Shown: positions 36,379 to 46,334, counted from the stretch's first letter. The stretch is DNA of 64,000 nt from Patescibacteria group bacterium (GCA_018896215.1 JAHINB010000003.1:3776-67775), one strand, 5' to 3'. Program-made: numbers and translations. Notes: generated by a model not told the origin, from the letters alone.

Positions 36379-36396
36379 TCAAGTTGCAAATTACCC

Positions 36397-36426
36397 TTGA
36401 CAAGAAATTTTTTGTGAATGTATAGT
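36397..36426 (+). promoter_or_regulatory. Sigma70-like promoter TTGACA-N18-TATAGT
   Basis: TTGACA at 36397-36402 and TATAGT at 36421-36426, upstream of the 36438 ORF. Confidence 0.45.
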
Positions 36427-36437
36427 TAAATCCCAGA

Positions 36438-37871
36438 GTGCCTAATTACAAAAAACGAAAATTAAAATCGCAAAAGTTTCTGGAGCCAAAAAGGCTCCTT
36501 TTTTTTGTCCCAAAGATATTAAAATACGGTTTTGTTTATAAAGTCTCCGCGGGTTTGCAAATTGATTTAAACACGGTTATTAAAAAGACTCCCAAAGGCT
36601 TTGTTGAACAACACTTATGCGATCACAATTGCAGTTTAGACTGCGGTAACTACCAATGCCCCGCCGCGTTTACAGAAAACAAAGGGGCAGATCCAAAAAG
36701 TTTAATGAGTTTAGAGGAAGTCCAAAAATCTCTTAAGGTTGCATTAGAAGGGCTAAAGCTGGCTAACAAACTGTTTTTGGAAAAAGAATTTAGCAAGTAC
36801 TGTGCCGACTTTAAAATACCAGGACAGGTTCAAGACGAAATCAGGGAAACGCTAAAAAACGGTGGTTACGAGCTTAACCTTTTTGGAGGAAACCCCGAAC
36901 TCCACCCAAACTTTTTGGAAATCGTAAAAAACGCCAAAGAAATGGGTTGGGTCGTTACGGCCACAACGACAGGTAAAAAGTTCATCTACAATGACAACTT
37001 TGTTCGAGGGTTTTTGCGGAACCCACCCGATCTTTTAGCTATGTCGGCGGACGATTACGAAGACATTAACGAGCTGAACGAACTTCTTAAGATGAATGCC
37101 GAGGATCTTAAAAAATATTGGCAGAAGGCTAATCCGCTTTACGGTCAAAGAAAAAAGGCTTTCGAATCTTTATATGTAGCTAAAATTTCTAAATCGCTCA
37201 AGAGCTTTCCTAAAATACTTTTTAATATCGTAATCCATCCCGGAAACCTGCCCCACATTTTCAAATTTATCAGCGCCTTAAGGCAACGCTTTCCCAATAT
37301 CATCATAAACCCCTATCCGGCGCAATCCAGCTTTTGTTACGAAAGTCCTGTTTGGAAAACAAGGCACCTCTTACCTTTAGAAAAGGTAGTCGATTACATG
37401 ATCCAAAACCAGACAAATTCCAGGGAGAAAAATTTTGTTTCCAGGCTTCATTATTGGCTTGTTTTAAAAAGCGTGTTTCTTACCAAAATGAGCAACAAAG
37501 ACAGAACAAAACTTCTTAGTGGATGGGGAATCTGGAGTTGTTATAAAAATAGCGGGGCGGGGAGATACCTTCAAGCGGGATCTTCAAACATCATAAAAAA
37601 AGAAGTTTTCAGAGTGGGTGGTCATCCGGGATGTTTTTGGAATCGCCAGACTGTAACAGAAGCATCGAAACAACTCTGGACTATGGACAAAAAACAAGTG
37701 GTTCGTTATTTAATTAATTCTAAAATTACGCTCCCAAAAACCGCGCCAAAACCCTGCCCGGGGTGTATTATGCCCCGCCTGATGTTTGATGGCATTTCCA
37801 CGGAATTAGGGCTTTCCTCTAAATTGATTCCGGCTTATTTAAAGTTACGAAAGGAACATTATGGTTTTTAA
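36438..37871 (+). CDS. Hypothetical protein with an N-terminal Cys cluster (C-x3-C-x3-C-x4-C), possibly a non-canonical Fe-S/radical-SAM-like enzyme
   Basis: HLCDHNCSLDCGNYQCP and later NLFGGNPELHP (GGEP-like). The start codon is uncertain (GTG at 36438 or a later site). Confidence 0.4.
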   Translation: MPNYKKRKLKSQKFLEPKRLLFFVPKILKYGFVYKVSAGLQIDLNTVIKKTPKGFVEQHLCDHNCSLDCGNYQCPAAFTENKGADPKSLMSLEEVQKSLKVALEGLKLANKLFLEKEFSKYCADFKIPGQVQDEIRETLKNGGYELNLFGGNPELHPNFLEIVKNAKEMGWVVTATTTGKKFIYNDNFVRGFLRNPPDLLAMSADDYEDINELNELLKMNAEDLKKYWQKANPLYGQRKKAFESLYVAKISKSLKSFPKILFNIVIHPGNLPHIFKFISALRQRFPNIIINPYPAQSSFCYESPVWKTRHLLPLEKVVDYMIQNQTNSREKNFVSRLHYWLVLKSVFLTKMSNKDRTKLLSGWGIWSCYKNSGAGRYLQAGSSNIIKKEVFRVGGHPGCFWNRQTVTEASKQLWTMDKKQVVRYLINSKITLPKTAPKPCPGCIMPRLMFDGISTELGLSSKLIPAYLKLRKEHYGF

Positions 37872-38487
37872 AGTCGACCACCCTTTTATTACAGATTCCT
37901 TAACGCATTTAAGAGACCAGCAAACGGAACTGGCAAAATTTAGAAGGTATTCTAACAAGCTCTGTCAGTTATTGTTTGCCGAAGCAATAAGAGGTTTAGA
38001 TTTTAATGAGGTTGATATTACCACACCGTTGGAAATAACTATCAAATCAAAAAAACTTAAAGATGAGGTGATTATAATTCCCGTTTTGCGATCCGGTCTC
38101 GCCATGCTTTTTGGAGCGCTTGATTTATTGCCCAAATCAAAAATTGGTTTTATGGGGTTAGAAAGGGATGAAAAAACCGCTGTAGCAAAGGAATATTACT
38201 GCAAACTACCTAAAATAAGAGAAAATTCTGTGGTTATTATTACCGATCCGATGTTGGCAACTGGGGGGTCAATTTTGCAGGTGCTAAGAAAGTTACGGGG
38301 CTTTAAACCCAAAGACATAAGAATTGTAAGCGTGGTTTCGGCTCCCGAGGGAATAGCGTTAATTCAAAAAGAGTTTCCCAAGGTGGCTATTTTTACTTCT
38401 GCCGTGGATGACCATCTTAACAATAATAAATATATAGTTCCTGGCATTGGCGATTACGGCGATCGCTATTTTGGAACAAGCGTCTAA
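37861..38487 (+). CDS. upp: Uracil phosphoribosyltransferase
   Basis: IIIPVLRSGLAM, ITDPMLATGGS and YIVPGIGDYGDRYFGT are canonical UPRTase motifs. Confidence 0.9.
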   Translation: MVFKVDHPFITDSLTHLRDQQTELAKFRRYSNKLCQLLFAEAIRGLDFNEVDITTPLEITIKSKKLKDEVIIIPVLRSGLAMLFGALDLLPKSKIGFMGLERDEKTAVAKEYYCKLPKIRENSVVIITDPMLATGGSILQVLRKLRGFKPKDIRIVSVVSAPEGIALIQKEFPKVAIFTSAVDDHLNNNKYIVPGIGDYGDRYFGTSV

Positions 38488-39100
38488 CATTTTGTTTCCA
38501 AATACCACCTTCCACAATTTTGCTATACTAGATAGTAGAGTGAAAAATCATCGAAAAAGAAAATATAAAAATATTGTTATTGTTGTAATAAGCTTGGTTT
38601 TTGCGTTTGTTCTTTCTCGCGTAGACGCCTTTCATTCTTTGCTATTAAGCCTGGGGGGGTTGGGGTATATTGGCGCCTTTATTGCCGGTATTCTTTTTGT
38701 TTCTACTTTTACCGTAGCCACGGGATCTTTAATCCTTTTAATACTTGCCGAAACTTTATCTCCCATAGAACTAGGGTTAATTGCTGGACTTGGGGCTGTT
38801 GTTGGGGATTTACTTATTTTTAGATTTATAAAAGACGGTTTGGCAGAAGAAATCGAGTTGGTTTATAACAAAATTGACGGTGGTCCCCACCTTAAAAAAC
38901 TTTTGCATTCCAAATACTTTAATTGGATGCTACCCGTGATGGGGGCAATAATTATTGCTTCACCACTACCCGATGAATTAGGCGTGAACCTTATGGGTCT
39001 TTCCAAAATAAGCACTTCTCGATTTATTCTTCTTTCTTACTTTTTGAATTCCCTGGGAATATTTTTAGTTGTTTCGGCATCGGTGTTTATTAAACCCTAG
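38447..39100 (+). CDS. Membrane protein (4-5 TM), hypothetical
   Basis: Hydrophobic ORF overlapping the upp 3' end. The start is likely an alternative codon. Confidence 0.4.
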   Translation: MAITAIAILEQASNILFPNTTFHNFAILDSRVKNHRKRKYKNIVIVVISLVFAFVLSRVDAFHSLLLSLGGLGYIGAFIAGILFVSTFTVATGSLILLILAETLSPIELGLIAGLGAVVGDLLIFRFIKDGLAEEIELVYNKIDGGPHLKKLLHSKYFNWMLPVMGAIIIASPLPDELGVNLMGLSKISTSRFILLSYFLNSLGIFLVVSASVFIKP

Positions 39101-39107
39101 AAAAATT

Positions 39108-41543
39108 ATGCTACTAAGTGACCAAGGATTGTCTAGCAAAGAGGTTGCAAAAAGACAGCACAAATATGGTTTAAATGTTTTACCCGAAAAACCACCCTTG
39201 GGAAATTTTTTTCTTCTCCTGCGACAACTTAAAAACCCATTAATTTATGTTCTACTCTTGGCGGGAGCAGTGACTTTAATTATTGGGCATTTTCCTGACG
39301 CTACAATTATTTTACTTGCCGTAGCTGTTAATACTGTTTTAGGATTTATTCAAGAAAAAAAGGCTTCTAATGCCCTGCGAGCCCTAAAAAACTATGTTAC
39401 TAGTTGGGTAATTGTGATTCGAGATGGAAAGCGCAAATCGATAAAAACTGGGGAAGTTGTTCCAGGGGATATTGTAATCCTCAGCCAAGGGGTAAAGGTA
39501 CCGGCTGATGGCAGGATTGTTTCCGCCAACCGTTTTTATTTAGATGAATCCGTACTTACCGGAGAAAGCGTGTCTGTAAAAAAATCCCCAAACGAGCCTG
39601 TTTTTATGGGAACAACAGTTTCTTCTGGGCAGGCCACAATGCTGGTTAAAGGTATTGGGGCGAGTACTAAGATGGGGGCAATTGCCTTGCAAATTCAAGA
39701 AACGGAGGGAGACACTCCCCTTCAAAGACAGCTTAAAAGGTTTAGTCAACAATTAGTTTTGGTGGTAGGTGTGTTGATTACTCTTGTGTTTGCGATTGGC
39801 ATTCTTTATCGGTTCAGCGTTATGGATATGTTTATTACCTCGGTAGCTTTGGCAGTGTCGAGTATTCCAGAAGGTCTAGCCGTTTCGTTAACAGTGGTGT
39901 TGACTATTGGAATGCAAAAAATTCTCAAGCGGCGAGGTCTGGTAAAAAAACTTGCCACGGCCGAAACTTTGGGAGGAGTGACGGTTATCTGTGTTGATAA
40001 AACAGGAACCCTAACCCACGGAAAAATGAAAGTCGTGGATGTAATTGGAAATAAAAGAGATCTAGCGGAGCAAGTATTATTGGCAAACGATTTAGACGAT
40101 CCAATTGTTATTTCGGCGTTCGAGTGGGGGCGAACAATAATTAGCGATTTTGTTTCTGAACATCCGCGACTTGATAGCTTACCCTTTTCTTCTAAAGAGA
40201 AATTCTTTGCTAGTTTAAACAAATGGTCGAATAATAAAAACAAACTTTATGTAAACGGAGCACCCGATCTCCTGCTTAAGTGGACAACCCTATCGGAAAA
40301 AGAAAGGAATGAGGTTTACTCTGTCATAGATAACCTTACAAAACAGGGTAAGCGGGTTATCGGGTTTGCCCAAAAAGATGTTTCTGGCAACAAACGCGAT
40401 TTAGAAAACTATAACATCAAGGAGGATCTTGTGTGGGTTGGGATGCTGGCTTTTTCTGATCCTGTTCGTGCTGGAGTCAAAGATGCCTTGGAACAGGCAA
40501 CAATGGCTGGTGTTCGTACGATAGTTGTTACAGGAGATTACTCTAAGACTTCGGAGTTTGTTATGCTGGACTTGGGAATTCCTCTTAAAAGCTATGAAAT
40601 TATTACCGGAGATGAACTAAAAACTCTTTCTGCTGGTGAGCTTGCTAATAAAGTTAAAACGGTGCGCTTGTTTGCCAGAACCACGCCAGATCAAAAATTG
40701 GCAATTGTAGAGGCGTTAAAGAAAAACGGTGAGATAGTGGCAATGATGGGAGATGGAGTAAATGATGCCCCAGCGTTACATGTTGCCGATATTGGAATAG
40801 CCGTAGGCGAAGCTACCGATGTTGCTAAAGAATCTGCGGATTTAGTACTTCTGGATTCTAACTTTTCTACAATAGTCGGGGCAATAGAGGAGGGGAGAGC
40901 GATGTTCGAAAATATTAGAAAAATTATTCTCTATCTAATGTGCGACGCTTTTTCGGAAATCGTAGTTGTCTTGGGAGGTATTGTCTTGGGCCTACCTTTG
41001 CCAATAACTGCCGTACAAATTTTATGGGTCAATCTTATTTCGGACGGGTTTCCCGATCTTGCGCTAACAATTGATCCAAAAAGGGCAACCATTATGAAGG
41101 AAAAACCCCGTTTTTCTGGGGAGCATTTGGTAAACAAATGGATGGCTACTCTTATTGGATTTGTAAGTTTAGTGGCTGGGGTAATCACCTTAGGCGCTTT
41201 TATAATCGTATATAGCGTGTCTCAAGATATTAATACAGCTCGTTCCATGGCTTTTATAGTGTTAGGTTTAAATTCCCTTGCTTATGTCTTTTCGGTCAGA
41301 GCGCTTATGACACCTTTTTGGAAGAATCATCTTTTTGAAAACCGTTGGTTAATTGTCGCGGTTGTTGCTGGATTCGGATTACAAGTGTTGCCGTTCTCGT
41401 CCCCTAGTTTAAGACAGTTTTTTGGATTGCATAGTCTTAATTTAATATATTGGGTAGTGGCAATAACTCTTTCGGTTTTGATGTTTTTTGTAATAGAAGT
41501 ATTTAAGTTTGTTTATCAACATAGAAGACGGTTGTACTACTAA
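39108..41543 (+). CDS. Cation-transporting P-type ATPase (type II, Ca2+/Mg2+-like)
   Basis: TGES, DKTGTLT and GDGVNDAPAL motifs and 10 TM helices. The N-terminus ...LSSKEVAKRQHKYGLNVL is typical. Confidence 0.9.
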   Translation: MLLSDQGLSSKEVAKRQHKYGLNVLPEKPPLGNFFLLLRQLKNPLIYVLLLAGAVTLIIGHFPDATIILLAVAVNTVLGFIQEKKASNALRALKNYVTSWVIVIRDGKRKSIKTGEVVPGDIVILSQGVKVPADGRIVSANRFYLDESVLTGESVSVKKSPNEPVFMGTTVSSGQATMLVKGIGASTKMGAIALQIQETEGDTPLQRQLKRFSQQLVLVVGVLITLVFAIGILYRFSVMDMFITSVALAVSSIPEGLAVSLTVVLTIGMQKILKRRGLVKKLATAETLGGVTVICVDKTGTLTHGKMKVVDVIGNKRDLAEQVLLANDLDDPIVISAFEWGRTIISDFVSEHPRLDSLPFSSKEKFFASLNKWSNNKNKLYVNGAPDLLLKWTTLSEKERNEVYSVIDNLTKQGKRVIGFAQKDVSGNKRDLENYNIKEDLVWVGMLAFSDPVRAGVKDALEQATMAGVRTIVVTGDYSKTSEFVMLDLGIPLKSYEIITGDELKTLSAGELANKVKTVRLFARTTPDQKLAIVEALKKNGEIVAMMGDGVNDAPALHVADIGIAVGEATDVAKESADLVLLDSNFSTIVGAIEEGRAMFENIRKIILYLMCDAFSEIVVVLGGIVLGLPLPITAVQILWVNLISDGFPDLALTIDPKRATIMKEKPRFSGEHLVNKWMATLIGFVSLVAGVITLGAFIIVYSVSQDINTARSMAFIVLGLNSLAYVFSVRALMTPFWKNHLFENRWLIVAVVAGFGLQVLPFSSPSLRQFFGLHSLNLIYWVVAITLSVLMFFVIEVFKFVYQHRRRLYY

Positions 41544-41560
41544 AAGGAGGTGATATTTTT

Positions 41561-42175
41561 ATGAAAAAGCTAATTTTTGTACTTTATGTATTTTTGGTCT
41601 TTGGTTTTGTTTCTTTAGTTAACGCTAAAAATGAGGATGCTGGAAACCAAAATCAAATTAAGACTCAAAATGCGGGTGAGGATTCCAACATTAAAACTAG
41701 CAATCAAGAGCAAGAAAATACAGGAATGCCAAAGGGGGCATCGCCACGAAGTGAAACTGCCAAAGAAAACATGGGCGCGGTTTCTTTAAAGGTTGAGGAG
41801 TTACTCACCACCAAAGTTACACAAGGAGGTATTGGTGAACAAGTAAGACTGGTGGCTCAAGAGCAAAAACAAGCTCAAGATAGGATCAGTGCCGGGCTGG
41901 AAAAAATCGACAGCAGGGGCGGTCTGCTTAAATCTTTAATTGGTCCCAACTATTTGGCTCTAAAGAATATGCAGGAGCAGATGGAGCAAAACAGGTTGCG
42001 GATTATGCAACTTGAGAAACTTGAGATCCAACTTGTGAATTTGGGCGATGCGGCTCTTGTGCAAGAGACAATTCAGACACTAACCGAGCAAAACACAGCA
42101 CTTATAGATAAGGTGGCTTTGGAGGAGCAATCTAGCAGTTTGCTGGGGTGGTTATTTAAGATTCTGGCTAAGTAG
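41561..42175 (+). CDS. Secreted coiled-coil protein, hypothetical
   Basis: Strong SD AAGGAGGTGA, a signal peptide (MKKLIFVLYVFLVFGFVSLVNA) and a Q/E-rich coiled coil. Confidence 0.55.
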   Translation: MKKLIFVLYVFLVFGFVSLVNAKNEDAGNQNQIKTQNAGEDSNIKTSNQEQENTGMPKGASPRSETAKENMGAVSLKVEELLTTKVTQGGIGEQVRLVAQEQKQAQDRISAGLEKIDSRGGLLKSLIGPNYLALKNMQEQMEQNRLRIMQLEKLEIQLVNLGDAALVQETIQTLTEQNTALIDKVALEEQSSSLLGWLFKILAK

Positions 42176-42484
42176 ATGCACTATATCTATCTGGTGCGTT
42201 GTGTGGATAATTCCTTGTACTGTGGGCAAACCACGGATTTGTCTCGTCGTGTCAATGAGCATAATTTTGATGGTAAAAAATCTGCCAAGTACACCAAAGG
42301 CAGAAGACCAGTAATTCTCGTCTATTCTGAAGAATTTGCCACATTCTCTGAAGCCTTAAAACGGGAATTAAAAATTAAACGCCTTCCAAAAGCAAAAAAG
42401 GAGGTCTTGGTTAATTCGGGATACTCCCATGAAAAACGCAATTATTTTATTGGAATTGTCCCAAATGGGACAGACCCGATTTAG
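42176..42484 (+). CDS. GIY-YIG nuclease family protein (second small stand-alone copy)
   Basis: IYLVRCVDNSLYCGQTTDLSRRVNEHN is a GIY-YIG motif. Confidence 0.65.
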   Translation: MHYIYLVRCVDNSLYCGQTTDLSRRVNEHNFDGKKSAKYTKGRRPVILVYSEEFATFSEALKRELKIKRLPKAKKEVLVNSGYSHEKRNYFIGIVPNGTDPI

Positions 42485-43109
42485 ACAACCAGTTCTTTTT
42501 AGTAAGTATCGTGGGAACTATCAAAACTGTAGTTAGAGACCAGAGACCGACCAAGTATCCGGCTAAGACATCAGTTGGGTAATGGACGCCTAAATAAACT
42601 CGGCTAAATCCGATTAGTGTAACCCAAATACAGACACCCATTACGGAATATAATTTAATCGATCTGCTTTTACCGTAACGGGAAATGTAATAAACAATCA
42701 TTCCATAAAGAAAAATATTGTTCATAGCATGACCCGAGGGGTAGGAAAAATCGTGTAGTACCGTCAAAGCGGAAACATTTGGGCGCGGTATCATAAAAAT
42801 TAATTTTAGTGCGTGGTTTGCTATTTCCACAATTATTAGCGACAGGGAAAAAATCACTGCATCTCTTTGGTGTTTTTTAATAACTAAAAATAAAACTACC
42901 AAAAGTGATATCACTATCCCAGCGTATATGTCACCGAGGAAAGAAATCACAGACATCACAGTCGTCAAAAGTGATGTTCGTAAAGAATAAACAAAAAATG
43001 AGAACGATTGATCAAAGCTGTGTGTTTTTCCTGTTAAAACAGCAAGCGTTAGCAGAACGAATAATGAGAGGAGAGTTAGATTTAGAAGAATCTTTTTTGA
43101 GTAAGTCAT
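42447..43109 (-). CDS. PAP2-family phosphatase (undecaprenyl-diphosphatase/phosphatidate phosphatase-like)
   Basis: KxxxxxxRP (KLIFMIPRP), PSGH (SYPSGHAM) and SRxxxxxHxxxD (SRVYLGVHYPTD) motifs. Confidence 0.8.
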   Translation of the reverse strand: MTYSKKILLNLTLLSLFVLLTLAVLTGKTHSFDQSFSFFVYSLRTSLLTTVMSVISFLGDIYAGIVISLLVVLFLVIKKHQRDAVIFSLSLIIVEIANHALKLIFMIPRPNVSALTVLHDFSYPSGHAMNNIFLYGMIVYYISRYGKSRSIKLYSVMGVCIWVTLIGFSRVYLGVHYPTDVLAGYLVGLWSLTTVLIVPTILTKKNWLSKSGLSHLGQFQ

Positions 43110-43720
43110 GAGAAAACGGTTTGAGACTTTTTAAGAAAGAATCGTTTTATTTTCTCCCAATCGTAGTCTTTTAACATTGTAACCTTATCTTGAGCGTCAT
43201 CAAAATAAGTTAAACTTTTAGCCAAATGGATAAAGTTATAATTTTTTTTGGCAACCTTTTCTCTAAACATTTCTAATAACCCATCAAGTGGAATAACTTC
43301 TTGGGTTATAAAATAAAGGTCCACAAAATCTTTTTTAAGTCCTCGACCCGAAATAGCATCCAATTTCATACACCCAACATCTACTGGGTTTGCAATGCTA
43401 ATACCTAAAAAATCATCTGTGGGTTTTAGAAGAGGCAACTCGTAATAAAAAAAGCTTAATTTTGTCCCATTAAAATTGCCCAAGAATGTTTTTGTGGTTT
43501 GCACATCTACAGTTAAAGTTCCAAGGGAAGAAAGGGAATTAACAATTTGGAACAGATCAAAATTTTTGTTGGAGAAAAAGTCCAAATCCTCCGAAATTCG
43601 ATGACCTAGGTTTAACGCCAGAGAGCTACCTCCCGCAAGGTAAAAATCTTTGGCAAGACCCGATTTGCCTAATAAGGCCAGATTTTTTCTAGTTGTTTCG
43701 TTAAGGGCTTTTGGAAACAT
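43106..43720 (-). CDS. Nucleotidyltransferase AbiEii/AbiGii toxin family (second copy)
   Basis: LAGGSSLALNLGHRISEDLDFF NTase motif. Confidence 0.75.
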   Translation of the reverse strand: MFPKALNETTRKNLALLGKSGLAKDFYLAGGSSLALNLGHRISEDLDFFSNKNFDLFQIVNSLSSLGTLTVDVQTTKTFLGNFNGTKLSFFYYELPLLKPTDDFLGISIANPVDVGCMKLDAISGRGLKKDFVDLYFITQEVIPLDGLLEMFREKVAKKNYNFIHLAKSLTYFDDAQDKVTMLKDYDWEKIKRFFLKKSQTVFS

Positions 43721-43968
43721 TTTGTTTGGTCCTTTGGGATACCAAAATAATATGTCCAGTAATTGGCGCTTTTTTTTGATATTTCCCTTGAGTTTATTAG
43801 CGTTTCAACGATTAAGTTTTTGTCAAAATTGGCAAAAAGCCATTCAACAGCTTTTGTATCTCCTAAGTCCAGAACTCTTGAGATAAGATGGGGATAAAAT
43901 TCTTTTTGTGCGGGGTTATCTAATTTTGCTTCCCAAAAGTACTTTTGGATGTAATTTGGTATTTCCAT
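43669..43968 (-). CDS. Putative cognate antitoxin of the adjacent NTase (small AbiEi-like partner), hypothetical
   Basis: 99-aa ORF immediately upstream of the NTase gene and overlapping it. The call rests on position only. Confidence 0.35.
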   Translation of the reverse strand: MEIPNYIQKYFWEAKLDNPAQKEFYPHLISRVLDLGDTKAVEWLFANFDKNLIVETLINSREISKKSANYWTYYFGIPKDQTKCFQKPLTKQLEKIWPY

Positions 43969-44020
43969 AATGGTAACTATATTTTACCACGATATTAGTT
44001 ACACATGATATACTTTTTAC

Positions 44021-45082
44021 ATGCAAAACATTGTTATCTGTGGGGGACACCACAATTCTGCCTTACCACTAGCCAAAAAATTTAAAGAAAATGGTTACCA
44101 GGTAATTTTCGTGGGGCACAAAACCACGCAAAAAAATAATCGCGAATTGAGTAGTGAGTATAAAGAAGTTACTGGATACGGTTTTTCGTTTGTAAATCTT
44201 ATTGCACCCAAATTCTATAGAAACAAAAATCCCCTAAAATATTTTCTATTGATATTTTCTCTGGTCAATGCTCTTGCGATTTTAATTAAATATCATCCTA
44301 AACTGGTTTTAAGTTACGGGGGGTATTTGGCGGTTCCAGTATGTTTAGTTGCAAAAGTATTGCAAGTTAAGATTGCTACTCACGAGCAAACAGTAACTAT
44401 TGGAATGGCGAATAAACTAATTGCTAAAGTTGCAGATAAAGTTTTTCTCTCATGGTCCACGACCATTTCCCTTGGTGAGAAATATCACTTCGTTGGTTTA
44501 CCGTTACGGGAAGAAATACTTTCTATCCTACCCCGCAAAAAATACGGTGAGTTTAGGACATTATTTATTACTGGTGGAAAACAGGCAAGCCATATTTTTA
44601 ATGAGTTTGTATTTGCCAATATTGATAACTTGGTATCTCAATTTAGAATTATCCATCAAACAGCTAAGAATTCCCAAAACAACGACTATAGCCTAGCGCA
44701 AATCTTGATGGAAAAATACGGTAAAAATAAATATTTGGCGTTTGATTATTGTTACGGGGAAGACTACAGCAAAGTGCTACAAGAATCCGATTTTTTGCTC
44801 TCGCGATCGGGGGCTCACATTACTTACGAAATGGCTCATCTTAAAATTCCAGCAATTTTAGTTCCTATTCCTTGGGTTTCGCAAAACGAGCAAATGTTAA
44901 ATGCCCAAACGGCAAAAAACTATTTTCCTAGTGTAATTTTGGAGGAGAAAGATTTAAATTGGGAAAATTTCATCGATTCCGCTACAAAGTTAAAAGAAAT
45001 TACACATCAAGATAAACATTACAAGACTGTACCAACAGATGCTGGGGAGAAAATGTTTGAGATTTTGTCATCTAATTTATGA
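44021..45082 (+). CDS. murG: MurG-like glycosyltransferase (GT28; undecaprenyl-PP-MurNAc-pentapeptide GlcNAc transferase)
   Basis: ...GGYLAVPVCLVAKVLQVKIATHEQTVTIGMANKLIAKVADKV... parallels the MurG motif G.Y.S.P...A.....P...HEQN...G..N..L...A..V. Confidence 0.7.
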   Translation: MQNIVICGGHHNSALPLAKKFKENGYQVIFVGHKTTQKNNRELSSEYKEVTGYGFSFVNLIAPKFYRNKNPLKYFLLIFSLVNALAILIKYHPKLVLSYGGYLAVPVCLVAKVLQVKIATHEQTVTIGMANKLIAKVADKVFLSWSTTISLGEKYHFVGLPLREEILSILPRKKYGEFRTLFITGGKQASHIFNEFVFANIDNLVSQFRIIHQTAKNSQNNDYSLAQILMEKYGKNKYLAFDYCYGEDYSKVLQESDFLLSRSGAHITYEMAHLKIPAILVPIPWVSQNEQMLNAQTAKNYFPSVILEEKDLNWENFIDSATKLKEITHQDKHYKTVPTDAGEKMFEILSSNL

Positions 45083-45750
45083 TACCTTTGCGTGATCACA
45101 ACTACCACATCACCACTCCCATAATCACCAACATTATAATTGGTCTTAATGTGGTGGTTTTTTTGTTCACACTGCTTGCTCCCCACGGTTTGGGGGATTA
45201 TATTGCTTACTCGTACTCAATTATCCCCGCTCGTTTAGATTTAATTACCCTTATAACCTCGCAATTTTTGCACGCCAGCTTTGGGCATATTATTGGCAAC
45301 ATGTTGTTTTTACATATCTTTGGCCATAGTTTAGAAGACTATTTCGGGCATGTTAAGTTTTTACTTTTTTACCTTTTTTGTGGGGTTGTGGCCGGTCTTG
45401 GTCAAGTTGCGGTTTCTCCAGGGTCGCTAGTTCCAATTCTTGGGGCAAGTGGAGCAATTGCTGGTCTTATGGGGGCTTATTTGGTGCTGTTTCCCTATTC
45501 GGAGGTTGATGTGTTTATTCCCTTTGGTTTGTTTTCGCAAACTGCCACGGTTTCGGCAAAGTTTATGCTTTTATATTGGGTTGGAGCGCAATTTTTGTAT
45601 GGAATTGGATCAATTGGTATTGGCGGGGGTGGAATTGCTTATACAGCGCATATTGTAGGTTTTGGAATAGGTTGGCTTATAGCGAAAAAACTGCCACCCA
45701 AGCCCGAAATTATCCCCCCCAGTAGCAACTATTGGCAATCAAGATTTTGA
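45079..45750 (+). CDS. Rhomboid-family intramembrane serine protease
   Basis: LHASFGHIIGNMLFL, the GASGAIAGLMGAY catalytic Ser motif, and AHIVGFGIGW (His). Confidence 0.85.
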   Translation: MIPLRDHNYHITTPIITNIIIGLNVVVFLFTLLAPHGLGDYIAYSYSIIPARLDLITLITSQFLHASFGHIIGNMLFLHIFGHSLEDYFGHVKFLLFYLFCGVVAGLGQVAVSPGSLVPILGASGAIAGLMGAYLVLFPYSEVDVFIPFGLFSQTATVSAKFMLLYWVGAQFLYGIGSIGIGGGGIAYTAHIVGFGIGWLIAKKLPPKPEIIPPSSNYWQSRF

Positions 45751-45766
45751 TGTGAAAATATAAAAT

Positions 45767-46309
45767 ATGAAAGTGCTTATAATCAATGGTTCACATAGAA
45801 AAGGAAATACGGATATTATTACTAACAAAGTAAAAGAAGAGCTCGTAATCAACCAAATAGAAACAATGGAACTTGTTCTAAGAGATATAGAAATAAAACT
45901 TCCCGATGGTTGTGAGCAGTGTGCGAATGGAGGGGTTTGTCCAAATGTAAAAGACGAATTTTCGGAAAATATTGAACCTGCAATAAGAGATTACGATATT
46001 TATATTATTGCAACTCCAACTTGGAGTGATAATGTCACACCCCTAACGAAAATATTTTGGGACAGAATTGTTTCTTGGTGTAGCGAAGATAAAATGTATT
46101 TAAAGAATAAAAAACTAGCGGTGATAACTCACGGAATGGCAAATGATAAATCCTGGGACAATGTTATAAACTGGGTTAAAAGCATTTGTGTTTGGGAACA
46201 ATGCAAATTTGGTAGTAGTTTAACTGCAAAATCCGGAGGAAAAGTTGGCGATATTGAACTGAAAGAAGGTAAAGTAAAGAGCTTTGTTTTGGAATTAATA
46301 AAGCAATAA
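45767..46309 (+). CDS. Flavodoxin-like NAD(P)H-dependent FMN reductase / iron-sulfur flavoprotein-like
   Basis: MKVLIINGSHRKGNT... flavodoxin-like fold plus a Cys cluster CEQCANGGVCP. Confidence 0.6.
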   Translation: MKVLIINGSHRKGNTDIITNKVKEELVINQIETMELVLRDIEIKLPDGCEQCANGGVCPNVKDEFSENIEPAIRDYDIYIIATPTWSDNVTPLTKIFWDRIVSWCSEDKMYLKNKKLAVITHGMANDKSWDNVINWVKSICVWEQCKFGSSLTAKSGGKVGDIELKEGKVKSFVLELIKQ

Positions 46310-46334
46310 AACCTTTCTAGGTAAAGATACTATT

